A stretch of DNA of 43,213 nucleotides from Patescibacteria group bacterium (GTDB lineage Bacteria > Patescibacteriota > Gracilibacteria > UBA1369 > LOWO2-01-FULL-3): assembly GCA_018818755.1 (NCBI GenBank), contig JAHIRL010000148.1, forward strand, positions 1 to 43,213. The letters are read 5' to 3'. The notes beneath the pieces are model-generated. The model saw only the letters and a list, made by a program, of their open reading frames with translations, did no database searches and was not told the origin of the DNA. Positions 37,701 through 43,213 of this stretch are shown here, in pieces. The position numbers and the translations under genes were made by a program. How positions within the stretch are numbered: the stretch's first letter is position 1; every line of letters begins with the position of its first letter.

Positions 37701-38061
37701 CTTCCTGGCTTATTGTAGCTGATTCTGCTAGTTCTACCACAATGTGGTTTTCACCGGCAATTTCTGATGTGTAAATGTTTGGTTCGGCAACTCCCAGTCC
37801 GTTTACACGCCTTTCAATAACTTCCAGCACACCATCAATAATGTCTTCCCGATCGGCTTCGGGCACTTTTCTCAGATCAATCTTATAATCCAGTTGGGAT
37901 CCTCCCTGAAGGTCTAGCCCTAGGTGAATTTTGGTGTTTGTGATTGAGTCCGGCAGAAATGGAAGAATTGTTTTTTGAGTTTGTTGGGGGAGACTGTAAA
38001 AACCAAAGACCAATACTAATAGAAGTGTGGCGATAATTTTCCAGTTTAGAAATCTTTTCAT
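34792..38061 (-). CDS. secDF: SecD-SecF fusion protein with a parvulin-type PPIase module inserted in the SecD periplasmic P1 domain
   Basis: SecD motifs are GLDLQGG, NGLGVAEPNIY..ENHIVVEL, then LTGKHFIHA...VAIFVGGDQISAPEV...ITGEFTTDEAKNLARDLNTGAIPAPI plus TM bundle. The SecF half is FNFIKNSK...GLDFTGG...FDRLRE. Between the SecD motifs sits a canonical parvulin domain: SHILIAY...GEDFAILAQENSDDASNKDQGG...FEQAALAF...GDISDIVNTKFGYHIIK. I prefer ATG 38061 (MKRFLNWK...) over the track start 38139, which overlaps the upstream gene. Confidence 0.88.
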   Translation of the reverse strand: MKRFLNWKIIATLLLVLVFGFYSLPQQTQKTILPFLPDSITNTKIHLGLDLQGGSQLDYKIDLRKVPEADREDIIDGVLEVIERRVNGLGVAEPNIYTSEIAGENHIVVELAESATISQEDVDTYLGKEGVKVGELTDDQKKLVSLEKAKATVGKTIQLEFKEEKQQIDPEEKDRIHEDAQKTLNKIKEGADYEVVAQEEVQAFPGLAKHDTSEYVFESELPSYLKEKLTTMEIGEFYGLIETGGTFVINESGQAVEDSGYGIVKLVDVDEAVKDEKEVAVSHILIAYAGSEQADESITRTKEEAYELAKEIKAKVDQGEDFAILAQENSDDASNKDQGGRLSTPVTGDGTYVYDFEQAALAFEKSGDISDIVNTKFGYHIIKADEVLTDIKEKQYKYELLTYSTLPNPWKETGLTGKHFIHADVQLDQFYQPYVTIQFNDEGAKLFEEITERNVGKRVAIFVGGDQISAPEVQGKIAGGSAQITGEFTTDEAKNLARDLNTGAIPAPIVLTGEYTIGATLGHEALTKSLTAGLIGLALVIIFMVLYYRAAGIMAAIALVVYASIFLFLIKSELHVGIALLGALAVFGFLVFKIINNKDSAWEKTLSFLLSCVGFFFLIFLLKTGIVLTLAGVAGIILSIGMAVDANILIFERFKEELKEGKPYKSAVESGFNRAWSAIRDSNFSTLLTCAILFYFGSSIIKGFAFNLAAGILVSMFTAITVTKTLLQSFIGTKLAENLKAFGVNPAKKENKFNFIKNSKTWLTVSGGLVTASLAAIIIFGLNLGLDFTGGSLMEFKFSEPVEKQVLADTLVSIEEEMQDGSIAVVNESPKETVEGETVISADPTTKIDLTNIQILASEENSFVVKTKYLDSSAHKTIVEKMKETLPEFTEPRFTTIGPVIGKTLLEKAVIAIIFALVMIIIYVAIAFRKVPKEVSPWRFGACAIAALAHDMLIVTGVFVILGQFFNVEIDALFITAMLTVFGYSVNDTIVIFDRLRERLITKERDETLEHVANQALRQSFTRSINTSLSTLFTLVAVLLLGSPSIFYFILALTLGTIVGTYSSIFTATPLLIKWTLRAEKKKERTDEA

Positions 38062-38071
38062 TTTTTTAAAG

Positions 38072-38488
38072 TTAATTATTATTTTGTTGAGATAGTTGGC
38101 GATCCAGGTCTTCGTTGTTGCCTTTTCCGTCTCTGCCATAGTCGTCGGAAAGTTTTACAACATCGTCCAGTTCGGGCGTAGAAACCTCAAAAATCTCGCT
38201 ATCTTCAAGAGCTTCAAGGCGGTGGATAGTATAGGGATGAACATCAATTTTGTCACCTTCGTTTAAAATTTTGTCTTGCAGGTTGTTTTCATCTGTGCCG
38301 TAAGTAAATTTCACTTTTCCTTTATAGATGTACTGAGTTTCGATTTTTTTCTCGTGATATTGCAGGCTGTAGCGGTGTCCTTTGCTTACTTTGAGGATTT
38401 TGCCAGCGTATTTGTCGTTGTGGGCAAACCAGATTTCTTCGCCCCAGGGTTTTGGTTTTATTTGAACTTGATGCGGGGAATCGTTCAT
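38072..38488 (-). CDS. cupin-domain protein, type II phosphomannose isomerase C-terminal-like
   Basis: KPWGEEIWF..., GHRYSLQYHEKKIETQYIYKG, and IHRLEA... resemble the cupin half of bifunctional ManC/PMI. Confidence 0.75.
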   Translation of the reverse strand: MNDSPHQVQIKPKPWGEEIWFAHNDKYAGKILKVSKGHRYSLQYHEKKIETQYIYKGKVKFTYGTDENNLQDKILNEGDKIDVHPYTIHRLEALEDSEIFEVSTPELDDVVKLSDDYGRDGKGNNEDLDRQLSQQNNN

Positions 38489-38550
38489 ATGTGGTCTTTA
38501 CAAAATTCCCCAATAATATATAGGAAAAAAAGGGCAATTGGAAGTTAAGA

Positions 38551-39573
38551 TTAGAGGAGTTTCTTAATATTTTTGGCTTCTTCCATACTACAATTCAGCA
38601 GACCTGTCGGGCTGTCGATTATTACCTGGTTTTTGAGGCCAATTAGTTTGAGGGGTTTTTGGTTGTCGGCGTAAATTAGGCAGCCTTCGCAGTCTTCTAG
38701 GCTTACGGGGCCGCGGGTGATGTTTTCTCCGGGAGTCTTTGCCAGTTCTTTATAAATAGCTTCCCAGTTGCCGGCATCGACTATTTCTAGGTTTGCTTTG
38801 ATGATTCTTACTTGAGATGGATCAACTTTTTCCATGATAGCGTAGTCGATGGAGATTTTTTCGAGAGTGGGGTAGAGGTCGTGGCAGGTTTCGGGGTTTT
38901 TGATGATTTTTTGGAGGATTTCGTAGGTTTTTGGTTGGTGGATGCGGAAAGCTTCGAGTAGTGTACTTCCTTTCCAGACATAAAGACCGGTGTTCCAGAG
39001 GTAATTACCTTCTTCGATGAATTTTTTGGCAGTTTCTTCGTTTGGTTTTTCTACGAAATGGTCGAGCTTGTAAACTTCCGTTTCACCGATTTTTTGATCA
39101 AGCTCTTTTAGTTTAACATATCCGTAGTTTGGGTTTGGAGAGGCGGCTGGAATTTCGATGATGTTTAGGGTGCCTTGTTTTTCGGCTACTTCTACAGCTA
39201 TACGGAGTTTTTCCTGGAATTCGGTTTTATTTTTGATTATTTGATCGGCGTAGATGGTTGCGATGGCTTCTCCTGGGTGTTTTTGTTCGATTACTGCTGC
39301 TGCATATCCGAGGCAAGGGGCTGTGTCTCGCAGGGCGGGTTCGATTATGTAGTTTTGCTCGGAGATGTTGGGGGCGAGTTCTTTTATAAGTTCAATGTGC
39401 TTTTCGTTCAGGGCGATGAATATGTCTTTGGGATCAAGAAAATTCACTAATTCAAGTGCTTCCTCAAACATTGTTTTATCTGAGATTAATTTTTGAAATT
39501 GTTTGGGTTTTTCGGGGGTGGAAAGGGGCCAAAGTCTGGTACCGCCGCCTCCGGCTAGGATTAGTGCTTTCAT
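38551..39573 (-). CDS. manC: mannose-1-phosphate guanylyltransferase (NTP-transferase domain)
   Basis: MKALILAGGGGTRLWPLS N-terminus, YIIEPALRDTAP, NYGY. Confidence 0.85.
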   Translation of the reverse strand: MKALILAGGGGTRLWPLSTPEKPKQFQKLISDKTMFEEALELVNFLDPKDIFIALNEKHIELIKELAPNISEQNYIIEPALRDTAPCLGYAAAVIEQKHPGEAIATIYADQIIKNKTEFQEKLRIAVEVAEKQGTLNIIEIPAASPNPNYGYVKLKELDQKIGETEVYKLDHFVEKPNEETAKKFIEEGNYLWNTGLYVWKGSTLLEAFRIHQPKTYEILQKIIKNPETCHDLYPTLEKISIDYAIMEKVDPSQVRIIKANLEIVDAGNWEAIYKELAKTPGENITRGPVSLEDCEGCLIYADNQKPLKLIGLKNQVIIDSPTGLLNCSMEEAKNIKKLL

Positions 39574-39586
39574 TTTTGAGTTGTTG

Positions 39587-41083
39587 TTATTTCTTTAATA
39601 TTAAGGATTTTCCGGTCATTGCTTTCGGTGGCTTAATGCCGAGGGTCTGCAGGATTGTGGGGGCGATGTCTCTTAGTCCTAGGGTGCGCCCCTGGCGTAG
39701 TTTGATTTTTGGATTGTTTGAGATATAGATGAATGGAACTGGATTTAGGCTGTGGGCAGGGCAATCTTCTTTGTTGGGGTATGTCATCATGTCGGCGTTG
39801 CCGTGATCTGCTGTTAGGAGAATTTCGTAGCTTTTTTCCAGAGCTAGGGGAATTATTTGAGAAAGGCAGTCGTCTAGGGTTTCGACGGCTTTTACAGTAG
39901 CTTCAAAATTGCCGCTATGGCCGACAAGGTCGCAGTTTGCAAAATTTAGGGCGATGAAGTCGTAGACCTTTCGAGATTTTAGTTCTTTGATTAGAGTTTT
40001 TGTTATTTGAGGTGCGCTCATTTCCGGTTTGTCGGCGTAGGAGGGAACTTTTGGAGATGGGATGAGGATGCGTGATTCGCCTTTGTAGGGTTTTTTGATT
40101 TGTGAGTTGAAGAAGAAGGTTACATGGGCGTATTTTTCGGTTTCGGCGATGCGTAGTTGTTTTTTACCCTTGGATGCAAGAACTTCAGAAAGATTATTTT
40201 TTACGGTGTTTGTGGGGAAGAGAATAGGTGCTGTGTGGCTGTATGGGCCGAAGCAAACGAAGTGTGGTTTTAATTCTTTTGTAAACATTTCTGTTAGCTG
40301 GGCGGCTCGATCCGTTCTGTAGTTAAAAAATACAACAGAGTCTTTTTTCTCGATAATTCCATCCTTTTCCAGAATTATTGGGTTGATGTAATAGTCGGTT
40401 TCGGTGCCGCGTTTGTATTCTTTGGCAATGGCTTTTAGGGCATCTTTTTCTTTGAGGCCGGAGCCTTGTGTGTATAGTTTGTAGGCTTTGCGGGTTCTGC
40501 TGAGATTTTTGTCTCTGTCCATAGCAAAGTATCGTCCGACAATTGTGGCGATTTTCCCAAGTTTGAGTTTTTTGATGTGTTTTTGAATGGATTTGATAAA
40601 TTCGTCTGCACTGCGTTCCCGAACATCCCGCCCGTCTGTAATGGCATGAATGTATACTTTTTTAAGTTTTTGCTGTTTTGCAAATTCCAGAAGAGCAAAA
40701 AGATGATCGATGTGCGAGTGAACGCCTTTATCTGAAATCATTCCCAGGATGTGGAATTTAGAATCATTTTCTTTGCAGTTCTTTGCGGCTTTTAGTAGAT
40801 CCGGTTTTTTGAAAAATGTTTTCTTTTTTATTGAACGATTAATTTCTTCCAATGATTGATAAACAATTCGACCTGCGCCCATTGTGAAATGGCCCACTTC
40901 GCTGCCTCCCATACTGTTTTTCGGCAATCCGACATGTTCACCAATACATTGCAATGTGGTGTGGGGATAGTTTTTTCGCAGGTCATCTATAAAAGGTGTG
41001 TTGCTTTGGGTTATGGCGTTACCAGGGTAATCTTTTCCTTCACCATATCCATCCAGAACAATTAGTAAGGCTTTTTGCTTCAT
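39587..41083 (-). CDS. gpmI: 2,3-bisphosphoglycerate-independent phosphoglycerate mutase
   Basis: LIVLDGYG, GGSEVGHFTMGAGRIVYQ (catalytic Ser), ITDGRDV, NFANCDLVGHSG, LLTADHGNA. Confidence 0.93.
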   Translation of the reverse strand: MKQKALLIVLDGYGEGKDYPGNAITQSNTPFIDDLRKNYPHTTLQCIGEHVGLPKNSMGGSEVGHFTMGAGRIVYQSLEEINRSIKKKTFFKKPDLLKAAKNCKENDSKFHILGMISDKGVHSHIDHLFALLEFAKQQKLKKVYIHAITDGRDVRERSADEFIKSIQKHIKKLKLGKIATIVGRYFAMDRDKNLSRTRKAYKLYTQGSGLKEKDALKAIAKEYKRGTETDYYINPIILEKDGIIEKKDSVVFFNYRTDRAAQLTEMFTKELKPHFVCFGPYSHTAPILFPTNTVKNNLSEVLASKGKKQLRIAETEKYAHVTFFFNSQIKKPYKGESRILIPSPKVPSYADKPEMSAPQITKTLIKELKSRKVYDFIALNFANCDLVGHSGNFEATVKAVETLDDCLSQIIPLALEKSYEILLTADHGNADMMTYPNKEDCPAHSLNPVPFIYISNNPKIKLRQGRTLGLRDIAPTILQTLGIKPPKAMTGKSLILKK

Positions 41084-41086
41084 CTT

Positions 41087-41914
41087 TTAGGGGATTAAGA
41101 TGTTTAGATAAAAATTCATAATTATGTCTCCGTAAAATAATGTTCCAATTAAACCGATAACCAGAAATGGCCCTAGGGGGATTTGGGTTTTTCCTTTGGC
41201 TTTTTTATGTATGAGCAAATAGATGCTGATTATTGTTCCCAGGATGTAGGCGACGGCTAGAGCCAGTAATGTTTTTTCCCAGCCGAGCAGTACTCCCATT
41301 AATGCTCCCATTCTCAAGTCTCCTCCGCCGATCCAGCGGCCTTGGGAAACGATGTATTGCAGGAAGAAGAAGAGGAATCCGAGAGCGCCTCCCAAGAGCA
41401 TGTTGAGCCAAGTTGGATCTCCAAAAATCAATCCTCCGGCGATACCGATTGCGATGGCTGATAGTGAAAAGGTGTCGGGAATGATGCGATAAATCAGATC
41501 GTAGAAAAAAATTCCTATTAGTAGTGAAAATTCGATTATGTAGAAAAGGAATTGTTGAAGAATGTACCAATCTACTGTGTAGAGTAGGATACTTGAGTCT
41601 ATGATTGAGGGGATGGCTTGTAGGAAGTTAAATTCCAGGAATGTAACTAAAAATGTGAGGCCGGTTGTGATTTCCAAAAGTAGGTAGTGTGCTGAGATTT
41701 TTTTACTGCAATATGCGCATTTTCCTCTTAAAAATAGCCAGCTAAAAATTGGAACCATGTGTCGCCATTTGAGGCGTTTCTTGCAGTGTGGGCAGATTGA
41801 GCGCGAAAATATGATTCCTTTTTTGTTGTTGTGCAATCGATAAATGATAACGCTTAAAAAACTGCCGATTGCGGTACCAAGGACGAAAGCTAGTGTGGCG
41901 AATAATAGATTCAT
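41087..41914 (-). CDS. pilD: type IV prepilin peptidase / N-methyltransferase (A24 family)
   Basis: N-terminal CPHCKKRL...GKCAYCSKKI zinc motif, polytopic body, and catalytic-Asp contexts IPD and GGGDLRMG. Confidence 0.9.
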   Translation of the reverse strand: MNLLFATLAFVLGTAIGSFLSVIIYRLHNNKKGIIFSRSICPHCKKRLKWRHMVPIFSWLFLRGKCAYCSKKISAHYLLLEITTGLTFLVTFLEFNFLQAIPSIIDSSILLYTVDWYILQQFLFYIIEFSLLIGIFFYDLIYRIIPDTFSLSAIAIGIAGGLIFGDPTWLNMLLGGALGFLFFFLQYIVSQGRWIGGGDLRMGALMGVLLGWEKTLLALAVAYILGTIISIYLLIHKKAKGKTQIPLGPFLVIGLIGTLFYGDIIMNFYLNILIP

Positions 41915-41926
41915 AGTGTGGGAGGG

Positions 41927-43213
41927 TTAAGGTGAGCTTATGTTAGCTTTTAGGTTTTTATTTTGTTCGGAATTAAGTTTATCATATTTTTCTTGTGCTA
42001 GTTCTGAAATTGAATTTCCATGCCCAAGAGTGATAGCTTTTTGATAGTAGTCTTTCGCAATTTCCAGTGACCCTTTTTTTTCGTAAAGTCTGCCGAAATT
42101 AAGGTGGGCTGCGTCGAAATCGGGCTGAAGTCTTAGTGCGGCTTCGAGATTTTTCTTAGCGGTTTTGTAATCTTCAAGTTCTATTTGGGCCCAAGCTATG
42201 AGGTTGTAGCTCATGGGATTGTCGGGGAAAAGGTTAAGGGCTTGTTCGGCGTAGCTTAAAGCTTTTTCCGGGCGGGAGAGTTTTTCGATGTTTAGATATA
42301 CAACTTTTATAAAAGCGTCGATGTTGCTTTTGTTTAGGGTTATGAGCATTTCGTATCTTTGGGCGGCTTTTTGGCTTTTTTTCTGAAGTTCGTAGATTTC
42401 GCCGAGTTTTAGATGGATGATATCTTTGGGTTCAAATCCGGTTTTTTCCGCTTCTTCCAGATAGTAAGCGGCTCTTTCTAAATTGCTGTTGGCGTAGTAG
42501 GCGAGTCCGAGGAAGAAAAGGGTTTGTGGGTTTGATGGGTTAAGTGTTTCGGCTTGTGAAAGGGAATCTATTGCGTCGGTTATTTTGTTGGTTTTGAGGT
42601 AGGCGTAACCGAGGATGATCCAGGCATCACGGTAGTTGTTTTTTTGGTTAATTACATCGTAGAGTAAGGGGATTGCGGCATCATATTCTTCGGATTCAGT
42701 TAGGGCTTTTGCCAGGAGGGTTTGAATATAGAGGGGGTCTCCTTCGCGAAAATAACTAAAGAGTCGGGATTTTTCGCTAAAATTTTTGGTTTTTTCCAGG
42801 ATTTCTGATGATGGCGGAGTATCGGATTCTGCACTCTTTTCTATTTCGTTGAAAATTTTGTTGGCTTCTTCAAAATTTTTGTAGATTATTTCCAAAATTC
42901 CTTTGTAGTATTTTGTGATGTATTGATCTTGGTCCAAACTTTCCAGTTGAGTTTTTGCGCCTTCAAAATCGCGAAGATTTATCAAGGTTCTTATATAGAT
43001 GATGCTTTGGGTATTTTCTTCTTGGATTAGGACTTGTTTGGCTAGGGCGGGCTGGTTGTCCTCAAGGTATTGTTCTGCGCTTTTGGGATTTGTTATTGAT
43101 TCTTTTTCTTCTGTGCGTGGGATTTCGGGGTTAGTGGCTTCTTCTTTTTGAGTTTGTTCGGGGGTCGTGATGGGTTCTTTGTCTTTTTTAAGATGGTAGC
43201 CCAAAAATATTAT
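41927..43213 (-). CDS. TPR-repeat protein, N-terminus probably beyond the window
   Basis: Multiple 34-aa TPR-like repeats (e.g. AWIILGYAYLKTNKITDAIDSLSQAETLNPSNP, TLFFLGLAYYANSNLERAAYYLEEA). The frame stays open to base 43213, and the track start at 43204 is only a TTG. Confidence 0.8.
   Translation of the reverse strand: MIFLGYHLKKDKEPITTPEQTQKEEATNPEIPRTEEKESITNPKSAEQYLEDNQPALAKQVLIQEENTQSIIYIRTLINLRDFEGAKTQLESLDQDQYITKYYKGILEIIYKNFEEANKIFNEIEKSAESDTPPSSEILEKTKNFSEKSRLFSYFREGDPLYIQTLLAKALTESEEYDAAIPLLYDVINQKNNYRDAWIILGYAYLKTNKITDAIDSLSQAETLNPSNPQTLFFLGLAYYANSNLERAAYYLEEAEKTGFEPKDIIHLKLGEIYELQKKSQKAAQRYEMLITLNKSNIDAFIKVVYLNIEKLSRPEKALSYAEQALNLFPDNPMSYNLIAWAQIELEDYKTAKKNLEAALRLQPDFDAAHLNFGRLYEKKGSLEIAKDYYQKAITLGHGNSISELAQEKYDKLNSEQNKNLKANISSP

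Noticed and set aside
38062-38139. The track start of secDF at 38139 (MAETEKATTK...).
   Set aside because: That start overlaps the last 68 nt of the upstream cupin gene. The in-frame ATG at 38061 begins directly with the basic-then-hydrophobic TM1 (MKRFLNWKIIATLLLVLV) and leaves a 10-nt gap.
38072-39573. manC NTP-transferase and the cupin PMI domain as a frameshifted, split pseudogene of a bifunctional ManC.
   Set aside because: Both ORFs are intact with their own ATG starts and are separated by a 62-nt non-coding spacer. Stand-alone versions of both domains are common. Nothing in the sequence indicates a recent disruption.
1-43213. Alternative genetic code (UGA as Gly, as in Gracilibacteria/Absconditabacteria).
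   Set aside because: All conserved genes are full-length under the standard code. pyrG terminates with TGA at the expected C-terminus (…SKGQKI).

Overview
Low-GC, very gene-dense 43.2-kb chromosomal window. I call 30 protein-coding genes and 1 tRNA, covering about 97% of bases. I saw no rRNA, CRISPR array, transposase or integrase. Recognisable content: archaeal-type tpiA, a stand-alone riboflavin kinase, murE, truB, a WecA/MraY-family transferase, dnaG-rpoD-greA, lgt, pyrG, trpS, priA, an MFP+RND efflux pair, a class II phosphoribulokinase homologue, secDF, manC plus a separate cupin PMI domain, gpmI, prepilin peptidase pilD, a TPR protein and tRNA-Arg(UCG). The standard genetic code fits. 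No start codon I checked has a Shine-Dalgarno motif. Several near-consensus TTGACA-N17-TATAAT promoters are visible. Third codon positions depend strongly on the strand a gene sits on. The gene content (archaeal-type TIM and PRK, giant ORFan, type IV pilus parts, SD-less starts) suggests a small-genome CPR/Patescibacteria-like bacterium, but that is inference only. Most unusual items: (1) a 1091-aa protein with about 800 aa of unrecognisable sequence, containing an internally duplicated module, fused to a radical-SAM core with a CX4CX2C motif; it is transcribed divergently from a receiver-domain / 76-aa / PRK operon. (2) A SecDF fusion carrying a parvulin PPIase module inside the SecD periplasmic domain. 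(3) A 2104-aa ORFan followed by a 461-codon secreted-protein ORF that the supplied ORF track misses. (4) A DnaG whose zinc-finger ligands are mostly replaced. (5) A structured two-hairpin repeat with compensatory changes flanking tRNA-Arg.
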